64,000 nt of DNA. Source: Octopus sinensis (Eukaryota). A program made the translations under genes and the position numbers. Below are positions 1 to 11,490 of the stretch, piece by piece (the stretch's first letter is position 1; each line of letters begins with the position of its first letter). Location of the stretch: positions 129,518,001 to 129,582,000 of the forward strand of contig NC_042999.1 of the NCBI RefSeq assembly GCF_006345805.1, written 5' to 3'. The notes under the pieces are model-generated. The model saw only the letters and a list, made by a program, of their open reading frames with translations. It ran no database searches and was not told the DNA's origin.

Positions 1-3000
1 CAGTGCAAAAAAAAAATAATAATGATAATAAAAGGAGAAAAACCCAATATTTTCTTAATGAAGAAATGCCATCCACAGTTTACACCGGAATGTGAATTTA
101 GCGCATTAAATCATCTTTCAAAAGCGTCATTAATATTGAGAATATATAAATGCTGTTAATACCTATGGCTTAAATCAATGCAAAAGTCTTTGGAAGGAAT
201 AAATAAACCATGGTAGAATGGAAGAATGAAATAAATGAGGAGACACTAATTTTAAAACCAAAGAAACAGTTCATGACAACATTGGAATCCTTTATTATTC
301 AATTATTTTATATATTTATATTTGTTTTGTTTTTGTAACCATATATAAGATAAAATAGGCAAAGCCTATAGTTAATTCTAAAAGATGGAATCAACAACAA
401 TAACAATAATCTCAAATGATGTTTGTGTAGATAACACTATTGGGATGATAAGCCATAGGAAGCTGGAAGAATAATGTTCTTGGTTTTATATATTGTTTTT
501 ATGTTTATACTATGAAAATGATTGCAAATATAGCTGGCTTGTTTTGTCATCCACACAGCAACTGAATTTTGTTTTGAGAATAGGATTACAAAATAATAAC
601 TATTGACAACATACTTTTATTTATTTATTTTTTTCTTTGGTCAGTAAGTGTTATTTCCTATTTGCTTCTATCAGAAATCAAAGAAAATTTCTACTATTCT
701 CTTCAAACTTTGCTTTTTGTGACTTGAACATCAATGTTTTGAAACTGACTTATTTTCCATTTCATTTCAGATTCAGTGCTGAGTTGCTGAAGCAGAAATA
801 TTGTTATAGCAAAGTTTGTAGAACTCATCAAAAAAAAAAAAAAAATTAGAAAATGAATTCATTACTTAGCTTAGATGAAAGCTAATAAAAGGGGAGGAAA
901 ATCAAATGTCACAACAAAAGTATCTTTGTATGAGACAGTTTTACATTTTTCTGCCTAGAAATATTCTAGAGTATACTATTAATAATTCATAATAATATGA
1001 TAACTTTCAGTGTCAAAGTGATCTTCAAACACACACACAAACACAAAAAGAAAAGAAAGATAAAAGTGTTTTCTTAAAACATGAAAGCATCAGTAAATGG
1101 AATGAGATTTCAAAAACTATGATTATGATAGCATTATCTATTTAATCCAAAGTGTATGAAATCAGTGTGTGTGTGTGTGTATGTGTGTATATATATATAT
1201 AATGTATGTATACGTACACACATCAATATAGATATCATTTACTTTCATAATAACAAACATGTAACTAAAAACTATGCCAGTGTTACTAAAGTTGTGAAAC
1301 AGCAAAAGTAACCAGCTTCCATATCACAGATCAAACATTATCAAACCAAATAATCTGTGATCTATAGCTTGTATTGTCTTTTTATATAAAAAGATTTGGT
1401 TTGGAGGATATTTTGGATCTTCAAAATCTTTTCTATTCTAATCCCACTTATGGCATAAACATATGCACACTTCAAGAGAATGATTAGCAGCTCATATAAG
1501 ATCAGGTTTGTGAGAACCACATGTAACTTTTATATTGTATGATACTAAGATCTTTTTGAAGCATTAATGCCATTAACGCCAACAACATGCAGTCAGTTCA
1601 TCCTTGCCTTCGCTACAAGAGAGCAATATTAAGCCTTCTTACTAAATTACAGATCTCATTCATATTCTTTATTTCTGTATATTAAACATTACATAAATCC
1701 CTTGTCTTGATAGATTCAGTTAAAAATATAGCTACTTATGACTGCTCACCATTGCTCACCTTTAAGGCATCCTTAAAATAGGTAAATTGAAACATGGACA
1801 CATTTTGTGTGATTTTTTTTAAACACAATATGTTTCTGTAAGTCTATTTCAAAATGAAGATTTTAGGCCAATGTAAATTAAAGTAGTTCTAAACCAGTAA
1901 TACATCTGTTGAGTTGAAAATGGTTGCAATACAGTCTTAAAATAAACTATCTGTCTAGAGAAATTATTTTCACAAAGAGAACTTAAGAAGAGCTATATTA
2001 TATGTGTACAATACTCTGGTGTATAAAGAAACTTCCAATTTTTAACCTATACATTAAACTACTTTGAAATTTATACAAATGAAAGAACTACATGCTATAT
2101 TACAAATGAAAATAAAAATAAAGAAGATATCAAAATTGGAAAATATTTAAAAGTAACACATTTTAGCCATTAAAACTGACTACTTTTCTGTTTGTGGAAA
2201 ATTTTTCCAGAAAAAAGAGCATGCAAGCATTATATAGCTACAAGGGCAACTATTGTATAATTAATAAAAGAAGAGAATGGAATATAAAACAGCTAAATTT
2301 TCTAAATCATAAAATTTAAACTCAGATAAACACACACACACACACATACACATATTATATATATATAACAGAGAGAGAGAAAGAGATTATCATAAGTGAA
2401 TATAAATCTTTAAAACACCTAAAAGACTAAAACTTCACAACTTTTGCTGAAGGCCTGAATTGCACTGAAGAAAGACCTTTGGATGCTTAATGCTCTAGCA
2501 AAAGGTCCTTGATAGTGATGAGGGTCAAATTTGAAGTCAATGAACTGGGAAGATCGAAAGTTGGCGCATGGCAAACAATTTCGCTGTCTTTTAACATATT
2601 CTTTTCTCCCAAATTCTTAACTTGTGATCAACAAAACTATTCTGCTACTTCTGATAAATATAGAATCTAGTAACGAAATCAAATAACGAAAGGATGTAGC
2701 AGTTTATACACAAATTCTTAACAAAGACCATCTCATCATAATTTAGGATTTATCTTGATGAAATATAATTTAGAATACATTGGAAGAAGTTTATATTGCA
2801 AACATAATTAATGATGTGATTGATACCAAACATGATTGAATCTAAATAAGACAATCTTTGAAATTCCTTGAAATATTAAAGTTGAGATACTAACACAAAA
2901 GTATCTCTTTCTTTTATTTGTTTCAGTCATTAGACTGTGGCCATGCTGGGGCACTGCCTATAAAATATATAAATGAATAAATAAGAAAGAGACTACAGTT

Positions 3001-4215
3001 AAACCGTCAAGTTTTTGGATCTCAGATATTTCTGACAGAAGCTAGTTTTATTGTTTGCTTCGTTAAAATTCATAAAATAATAGGAAACTTGAACAAACCA
3101 TGCCAATAAGATTTTTTTTAATCCTTACTGCATGAATAAGCTTTTTTTAAAATCCTTACTGCATGAATAAGCTATGACTCAAAACACATAAAAGACTGTA
3201 CTGTCTATGATTCCAAATTTTTTTAACCCTTTCCTTACTATATTGCTTTCAAACTACACAGTTCTTGATTCAGTTAATTTTAAAAATAATGAAAAATTTA
3301 ACATTATAACCTTGTGAATATTAAGCAGGTGTGTGGGACATAAATAATATGCAATTTTGATGGGTGATTATAATTTAGATCACTTTAAAACAGTGTATTT
3401 GAATCATAGAATCAAGGGCAGTTTCAGGCAGTTTGATATAAGAAGGTTGTAACTCAGAATCATAAATATCTTTTAGCTTTCAATATCATTAATTGGAACA
3501 ATCATGGAAAACAGTTATTATTCTAGTTAAAGTGAGTTGCTAATGTTTAACAACCCAACATACTAATTACCAACACAGGAGCTACAAAGAAGTCAGATAA
3601 TGACTTAAAAATATATATAAGTCATTTCTTTTAAAATGTGTACAAAATTGAAAGACATTCCTCACTACAACAAATATTTCCTCAAAATATTTATTAAAAT
3701 ATAAAAATTGGAAGGCTTTGAGTTTTAGAACAGATTAAAACAAGTTCAATTTCAGTTTGAAAATCTATCCAACAATTATCAAAAAATTTTATTTTATATT
3801 TACTTCCTTGACTTAAGGTTAATTTGATACAATTCATTAAAATAATAAGATATATTACTATCATCATTTTAGGTCTAATATTCCATGATTTGGACGGTAT
3901 AATATATGCACATACGTACATATATACTATATGCATGTGAGTATGTATTCATACATGTAAAATCCTTTTGTAAAAAGGGGACATTGATAAATAGGCCAGT
4001 GACAAGAATATATAAAAATTTTTTAAAATTCTCATCATAAGATAGAATGAAAAGAGATTTTTCCCAGAACTTGATATGCCAATCTTTTTAAATAGCTACA
4101 TAATCTTAAGAAAAAAAAAAAAAAGAAAAAAAACCATGGTGTTGTAATGTAATTTAGTTATTTCAATTTACTCAGTTATCATTGCAGAAGCAGAAACAAG
4201 TGAATTATATGTGTG

Positions 4216-4246
<31 letters not shown>

Positions 4247-6707
4247 ATACTAAAAAAGCATTTATTATAATACTAAAACAGTGCTTTGCAAGAATCTATA
4301 TTACCCAAATAAAAGCTGTGCTGACAAAACTAGAGAGAATTCTAAATGAATACTTTAAGGCAGTGCAAAGTGAAAAGTACAGGTGCAAGTGAATAAAGTC
4401 AAAAGAAAACAGTTCTCTTAGGATAAAATAAATAAATAAAAATATACAGAGATAAACAGACAGTGTTAATGGAAAAACAAATGAGCAAACAAAAATGAAA
4501 TAAACAAATAGCTTGGTCTAGTTATGTTAGATTTATTAGTTCTTTCCATAAAGTAGTCATTTGGCTTCTTTCAGAACTTTGAGAGAAAATATCTGAAAAT
4601 CATATACAGGAAATATCTTCAGCTGCAACACATAGCATGGCATTGCAGTTACATGCACAAGCTAAACAGCAACAAATGATACAATAATGTAATTACACAC
4701 TAACTCTTCCCTTAAAACTGATCACTTTATTACACTGATCATTGGGAAGTAGTATGAAACATTCAACATACTATCAAACATATTAATAATAAATAGTTAA
4801 AGTAGTTGATTTAATAGAATTTACAGTGATTCTCATGCAAACTAATGTCAATGAAACACAATAACAAAGGCAATAGCAGTAAAAGAAACTATGTAAACTG
4901 AAGAAGGAAATTTATATTAAAAGCAACACACTTTGTTTCAATAACTTTTGACTGATGGAAAGAAAAATAAATCTTCTAGTTATTTTTTTTTTATTTTCTT
5001 TCTTCTTTTTTTATAGAAATAAGATAAAAATCATCTGATATCATTCATACATTAATAATTCATTCACATACTGTATTTAGGTGGTATTCGAGTTGCAATC
5101 ATAAACCTCTAAACAGTTGACAGCAGCCAATAAAAATATTAAGGGAGGTGTTTGAAAATCTAAATGGAAATGTATTTTTCTGTAAGATCAATAAAAAAAA
5201 ACTAATATTTTCAAGTTTAAATTTTTTTTTTTTAACTGGAAGTATAAATATTTTAAAAAAAAGTGTTCAGTTCTTCTAATATTCAGTGAGAGTAATCCAG
5301 AATATTCAATGAGAAATCCTGAGAAAACCAAGGTCTTGTAAAATACACAGAGAGCAATTGACAGCTAGTAAACTTTGGTCAGATACTCAAGAGGTGAGCA
5401 GCAGCTGGACTAAAATAAATGATCCAACACAAACTGCAGGCAGTTAGAGTCAGGATTGAAAGAGCCATATCTGAGAGACCTACAGTCCACAAGTGTATCT
5501 ATGGTGTCTAGGTTAAAAACAAATGTATTGGATAGCTACAGTTAGGATATGAGAGAACCAGTTGTGACAAATGTAATAGGTTGTATGGAATTTGATAAAA
5601 CAGGTTTATACACATCCACATGTAGACAACTATAATTTAAACACATCAATAAGATGGTGTCAAATATATCTACTAATAGTTAGTCTCTTATAAAAGAGCA
5701 CAATGGTATTTTGAGTAAGATCTGCCAAACTAAAATTAGTCTTTTCAGAAATAAATTACTTTCATCTAAATATATAAATTAATTTTCATTGCAGTCTTAT
5801 TTATGCATTCACATAGAATTTATTTAATTATTATCTGTAACATATTTATAGAAATTTAGAAATATTTTGGAATACACTTCCTCTACGAGAACATAATGAT
5901 ACATATTTTTAAGAAAGATAAAAAAAAATGCTATAAAAGTTGTTTTTGACTCAGAAAGCTAAATACTGAGATTTCAAATTTGAAAAGCTATATATGATAA
6001 GATGTTAAAATACTATCAAATAGAAACTGCAGGATATTAAATGGTAATTAAATAACAAATCCTGTTACAATAATATGGGTACCTCAAATACTGAACCCTA
6101 ATGAGCAGTTATGTACTAATTTATCTGAGAGGAAACTCCAGAAGTTTTACAACAAAGATCACACAATTTCTTTCAGTTGATTACCCCATTTAAAAGATAC
6201 TATTTATACAGAAACTAGCTATAAGAATGCCACATAATAAGTGGATGAATTGGCATGAGATAAAACCCAGAGTCATTCAGAATATAAAATCAAATAAATG
6301 GAATTATTAATAAAGTTGGAGAAACTGCTTAAATTTAATTTATAGAAGTGTAGGTAGAGGTGTATATTGACAGGGATCTATTTGCAAAAAAAAAATTATT
6401 ATAATAAAAGGTGCAGGTTTTAATTGAGAAAAATTTACAACAAATAGTTTTTAGTAATATATTTAAAACAAAAAAGTGTTTTAGTTTCTTAACAATTCTA
6501 CTCTGCTTTGCACAACAATTCAGTTGCCCAGGATTTCAAAGTGTTGAAGGTGGACTTAGATGCTGGCTGCTCAAAATCTGTGTCGATCAAATAACAAGTA
6601 GTCATATCTTAAGCTGGCAGAGGAATTCATTCAAGTTTCCTAAAAAAAGAAGAGAAGAAAAAAGAATATTAAAATTTTGAATAGCAAATTAAAATCACAT
6701 AAACTTA

Positions 6708-6864
6708 GGCATAGGTATGTGGTAAGAAGTTTGCTTCCCAACCACATGCTTCTGGGTTCAATCCCACTGTGTGGAACCTTGGGTTAAGTGTTTTCTACCA
6801 TGATCCTGGACCAACCAAAGCCTTGAGAATGGATTTGGTAAACAGAAATTGAAAGAAGCCAGTC
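6708..6864 (+). mobile_element. tRNA-derived SINE, family A head (GGCRYAGG...TGTGTGGTAAGAAG...GGTTCAGTCCCACTG...CCTTGGGCAAGTG...GAAACTGAAAGAAGCC)
   Basis: A-box and B-box-like motifs. Same sequence recurs at 22596, 24961 and 32184, and inverted at ~23200, ~53090 and ~56760. Confidence 0.85.
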
Positions 6865-6874
6865 TTATATACAT

Positions 6875-7515
6875 ATCATCACCATCATCATTGTTTAACA
6901 TCTGTTTTCCATGCTGGCATGGGTTGAACGGTTTGACTGAGGTCTGGAGTTCCAGTGGCTGCACCAGGCTCCAATCTGATCTGGCAATATTACTACAGCT
7001 GCATGCACTTCCTAACGCCAATCAGTCCAAGAGTGTAGTGGCTGTTTTTCACATGCCACTAGCACAGGAACCGGTCTGGTAGGCCTGGCATCAATCAAGT
7101 TCGGATAGTGCCTTTTACGTGCCACCAGCACGTGGACCAGTCAGGGGGTACTGGCATCAGCCATGTTTGGATGGTGCTTTTTTACATGCCACAGTCATGG
7201 GAGTCAGTCAGGCAGACCTGGCATTGATCACATTTGGATGGTGCTTTTTACGTACCACCAGCACGGGAGCCAGACAGCGGGCACTGGCCACAGCTATAAT
7301 ATTGGTTTTACTTGACTCAACAGGTCTTCTCAAGCATATCATATCACCTGATGCATCAGGGGTACTCTTAACTGGGCCAGACATGCATGGCTGCAATCTC
7401 ACTTTAGTTGCCAGGTCTTCTCAATCACAGCATATCACCAAAGGTCTAGGTCTCCTGTCATTGCCTCTGTGAGGCCCAATGTTCAAAGGTCAAGCTTCAC
7501 CACCTCATCCCATAA
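6875..7515 (-). mobile_element. RTE-clade LINE 3' end: ORF2 C-terminus, 3' UTR with ~66-bp tandem repeats, (GAT)n tail
   Basis: Minus strand reads WDEVVKLDL*TLGLTEAMTGDLDLW*YAVIEKT, typical of the RTE C-terminus. Homologous to 30360-31050. Confidence 0.85.
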
Positions 7516-7559
7516 CTATACACCAACGCACACACACAAATATACATACACACATATAT

Positions 7560-7716
7560 GTGTGTTCATCTTACTGATCCCTTGTCTTACTTGGAAAAAG
7601 GTCAGGGTTGACAACAGGAAGGGTATCTGGCCATAGAAAATCCAACTTAGCAAAATTTCATCCAACCCATGCAAACATCGAAAAATGAATGTTAAAATAA
7701 TGTTGATGATGAACAT
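7560..7716 (+). mobile_element. RTE-tail-related short repeat (AGGAAGGGYATCYRGCCRTAGAAA...CCAACCCATGC...GATGAT)
   Basis: Similar fragments at ~10050-10190, 35300-35480, 36280-36500 and 37150-37260. Confidence 0.65.
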
Positions 7717-7779
7717 GACTAAGGAATGAAAATGGTTTTCACCATTACTATGAATACTTGGAAATCCTTCCCTCTTTTA

Positions 7780-7910
7780 TATTGGTTTCAAATTTTGGAA
7801 CACGGCCAGCAATATTGGGGGAGCCCAATACTCAGCTGATACTTATTTTATTAACCCAAAACGATGAAAGGCAAAGTTGACCTCAACAGAATTTCAACTC
7901 CGAACATAAA
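7780..7910 (-). mobile_element. SINE family C (Deu/Nin-domain-like), decayed
   Basis: Reverse complement of the GAGTTCAAATTC...GACTTTGCCTTTCATC...AAAATAAGTA motif seen intact at 43061. Confidence 0.7.
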
Positions 7911-8664
7911 TTTGAACTCCTCCCTTTTTTACATCAAAAAAATTGCTCTCATTTTCATAGAATAATTCAAATTTTGATATTTCTGATAAAAAATATTGTT
8001 TGGACTTCTGTTTACTTCAATATCTAAAATTAGTTGTTTACAATTCTGAAATAGCTATTAACTTAGATAATCAGAAATTATTGATTTTTTACTCCAAAGC
8101 TGAAATTTTTGTTATCTCACTTTGAAATATAAGCAAAGAAAATAAGGTTTTTGGAATGGTTGGCAGCCAATTTAATGTAGCTGATAATGATGTTTGTCAT
8201 ATGAGAAAGAAATCAGATATAATTCAATGAATTTTGATAATTTAATTGATAACAAACACTTTGATAATTTAATAATGCTTCACAACATCCATGTCTTTAT
8301 TAAAACAAAGTTCAACTCAATAGCTCACAATACCCTGGAAGTTCCTTTTTAAATCATACAGCTCTAAACAACCATTTATTTTCTATATGACACACACACA
8401 TACACAGAGAAATGTAATGGGTATCTGCTTTGTTATCTGCTTCTATATGGAATAATCTTGAGTTTTTAAATCAGATTCATCTTGATCAAGTAGTTGTATA
8501 TCATAACTCTGAAATTCATAGAATTCCTTTTAAATATTTTATAGTGAGCTTTTACTTTGTTTTGTTTGAGTGAATTAAATGTGATTTTAGAAAATATGCA
8601 TGTTTCTACCTCTTCATGTACACAGACCTCTCAAAAGTGAATAGACACCATAATTTTTGAAAGA

Positions 8665-8721
8665 TTTATTTCTAGTAAACAAAGTAATGTCATTTGATGC
8701 ATTTGAATACATAAATTTATT
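8665..8721 (-). terminator. Candidate MLF polyadenylation signals (AATAAA on minus strand at 8665-8670 and 8716-8721)
   Basis: Plus-strand tttatt hexamers 400-450 nt past the stop. Such hexamers are common in AT-rich DNA, so support is weak. Confidence 0.25.
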
Positions 8722-8863
8722 ATTTAATAGACATGCCTTATGCATAATACATTGACAAGTTTGAAGCACCAAAAAGTGTCTTCACAGATAAAACGGAATA
8801 ATGAAGGGTGTCTATTGACTTTTGAGATGTTTTTATATATGTGTATGTGTGTGTGTGTGTGCA

Positions 8864-8894
<31 letters not shown>

Positions 8895-9119
8895 ATGTTT
8901 CATTAGCAGAATTCATTTTAAAAGTTCTATTGCCAGTCAACCAGCTACTATGCAGAATAGAGATTATATAAAAATGCTCCACATTTCTGCCTCATAAAGA
9001 GGCTTCCAAAATACATCTTTCCCCAAAACTAAATAAATAACCAAAAATCCATCACAATTTATAATTCTGAAAAATGATATATTTACCATCATTGTTCTTG
9101 ATCCATGCGTTGTTTAAAT

Positions 9120-9262
9120 CTATGTTCTGTAGCTTCTTCTCTGTATGCCATCTGTGATCATTTGTCGTTTGGGATTTCTATTAATTGGTTTGTACCATGG
9201 TCTATCTATACCAGTTTTCAGTGTACGCTGTTGCCATTCTTTACAAAAGTTTGTCATGTCAC
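9120..9262 (-). CDS. MLF: MLF coding exon 5 with stop (GDMTNFCKEWQQRTLKTG...QRRSYRT*)
   Basis: Acceptor ttctttccattcatAG, phase 1 join to exon 4. FxxEW motif as in MLF (FDEEW). TAG at 9122-9120. Total CDS 681 nt = 226 aa + stop. Confidence 0.88.
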
Positions 9263-10346
9263 CTATGAATGGAAAGAATATATAATGAAAAAGTAATTTT
9301 TAAATGGTTGCCAAAGGACATAAGGTTTAGGTAGAAGCCCTTTCACTTTGTGAAGAGGTAGCAAAAGAACTCAACTGAGCTTACATTGATGCTGAGTCCT
9401 AGAAGATCAACAGTCAGGATCACCAAGATCTACCAAGAGAATAACTGAAACACAGCCATAGGGGTGGCACCCATGGTTGTATAATCAGCTAATGATTCAC
9501 TATGACTCAAGTTCCCAGTCCAAATTCATAATAATGGAATTGGATGGCAATAGAGATTCATGGCAATCTGTAAAAGCAGTGTGACCAAGAAGAAGAAGCA
9601 CTTTATTTCATAGCTTAGGTCAGTAGACTCTGTGGCAATTTTAACCTTCACATTCAACAAGTTGTAATTTCTTGTGACCATAGATATTGTAATAGAAACA
9701 TCCTTAAAAGTTTAGTTTCAAACATTAATTGTGAAATAACACTAATTTTAAATAGTAACTATTAATTAAAAGTACCATGAATAATTTATCTTGCAACACC
9801 CTACTGAAAAAGTACACAAGGTTGTTCACAAAATTAGTCCAAGCTGGATTCACTGATTGAAGGTTAGCATTCAGTATTAATCATTAACTAGCAGAACCTG
9901 TGGAAATTCCATAGTGTAAGTCGTCATATTTGCTTAATGGTATTTCATCCATTTTCACATTCTGAGTTCAAATTCTCATTTTCACTTAGTCTAACTTGGG
10001 ATGGTGTGGATATAATTCACTTAAAGGTCCTACAGCTCGGTGGTTCAATGGGTGAATTCCAGTGAGACAATGTATTTTGACTAAAAACAAAGGTTTGCAT
10101 CAAGAAGAGAATCCAGCCTAAAATACTAATCTCACACCCACAAACCTTGTCCAGCCTATGCAAACATGGAAAAGGAAACAAACAATGATGGACTGATTAT
10201 ATATTGCGTTAAGGATATTTCTGATAGTTATAGTAATGGTTTTTCAGTGAACACAATTTCAGTTAAATATATAAAATATTACATTCATATATTTGTTTTG
10301 CAAGATTCCTGATGTGAAATCATGTGTAGAATGTTGAAACAAATAT

Positions 10347-10712
10347 TGTTATATTTGGGGGATGGTCATTTATTTTTTACTTTTTCTTCTTTTTGTTTTA
10401 CCAAGTAAAAACGTGCACTATCTACTTGTTCTTCACTTCAGCTTTATTATTGTTCTTATTTTAGTGTTCTTTGTCTGAAATCTTTTCTTTCTCTATCCCA
10501 CGTCTTTTCCAGTCCTGTTTCGTTCAGTCTGGACTAAACAGGATAAGAGGAGACACGTGGGATGGAGAGTTGCTGATGAGGTCACAGGATGTGTGATGAA
10601 AGATTTCTGACAAAGGATACTAAAATAAGAACAATTATAAAGATGAAGTGAGGAACAAGTATATAGTGTGTTTATTTGGCAAAAAAAAAAATGTCCATCC
10701 CAAAATATAACA
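10347..10712. mobile_element. 366-bp fold-back element with TGT...ACA termini and an ATAT flank on both sides, carrying a hammerhead-like core
   Basis: Arm 10416-10483 vs 10601-10668 matches 61/68. Terminal 22-23 bp are inverted repeats. ATAT at 10343-10346 and 10713-10716. Confidence 0.85.
10470..10615 (+). ncRNA. Degenerate type III hammerhead ribozyme motif
   Basis: CUGAUGA 10573-10579; stem II GUCAC/GUGAU; GAAA 10598-10601. Stem III 10469-10483 pairs with 10601-10615, giving a CUU triplet at 10482-10484. Stem I is the long inner hairpin. The bases of stems I and II are imperfect. Confidence 0.5.
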
Positions 10713-11026
10713 ATATTTCATAAATATAATTTTTATATTAAAAAAAAAGTCAAAAAATAGATGCTGTTTTACAAGTAGTACAACAAATTTATCTAGCATG
10801 AAAAAAAAAAAACAATGTAAAATTATCAACATGATAGCAGATATCTAAAAAATTTTATGAGCAACCTTAAAAACTTTTCCAGAAAATAATTATTAAAATT
10901 CTCAAAAACAATGGAGTTGTTTATATGCCATGCAACTGTTATTCATATAGGTTGAACAAGAGTTGTGAGGGGCACAAATATATAAATAAGAAATAGTTCT
11001 TTGCAACATTCCTCAAAACTACTTAC

Positions 11027-11183
11027 CTTCATCCATATTAATATAATGGTTGTTTCTTTCCATTAAGCCTGTTGTATTTCTGCTTCTTTCTTCTACGAAT
11101 GCTCTCTCCTTGATATGTCGTCCAACAGCCATTTTATCATATCCCCTTTCAGAATCCCGAACAAATTTATATGTTTGTTTCAG
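11027..11183 (-). CDS. MLF: MLF coding exon 4 (LKQTYKFVRDSERGYDKMAVGRHIKERAFVEERSRNTTGLMERNNHYINMDE)
   Basis: ctattttAG acceptor and GAAG|GTAAGT donor, 157 nt. Matches the MLF core RDSxSGxEKMAIGHHIxDRA...FINMxE. Confidence 0.95.
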
Positions 11184-11299
11184 CTAAAATAGCAATAGAC
11201 AAAAGCATCCATAAGCCCAGTTAAATTTTACAGATTTCTATTATTTATAGATGTCAATTATTTAATAGTATAACATTTTATAAAGACAATGTTGTTGCT

Positions 11300-11490
11300 T
11301 AGCCTTTGGCTAGGCCTACTTCAGTAGACCTATGAATCATAAGTAATGAAGCTGTGATCAACCTGTCTTCTTTTTAAGGTATAACGTATACTAGATACAC
11401 ACACATTTCCTTCTATTTTTAAGACAGATGGATGTGATTTGAAGTAGATTTGGCTATTGTTTCTAACAAGTTGAGCAACTGGGTAGAGAC
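11300..11490 (+). mobile_element. Interspersed repeat family D (TTTAGCCCCAGG...GACCTATGATCAAAG...GATTTGGCTGCTATTTCTAGC)
   Basis: Recurs at ~33850, 46720, 48520 (inverted), 60350 and 61080 (inverted). Confidence 0.65.

Noticed and set aside
1530-1650. Short GC-richer segment (snoRNA, or a KDEL-like exon EGKDEL)
   Set aside because: No C/D or H/ACA architecture found, and KDEL is not C-terminal in that frame.
7030-7300. CRISPR-like array of ~66-bp periodic units (also 30560-30740)
   Set aside because: The whole unit is homologous, with no unique spacers. It lies in an RTE 3' UTR in eukaryotic DNA and there are no cas genes.
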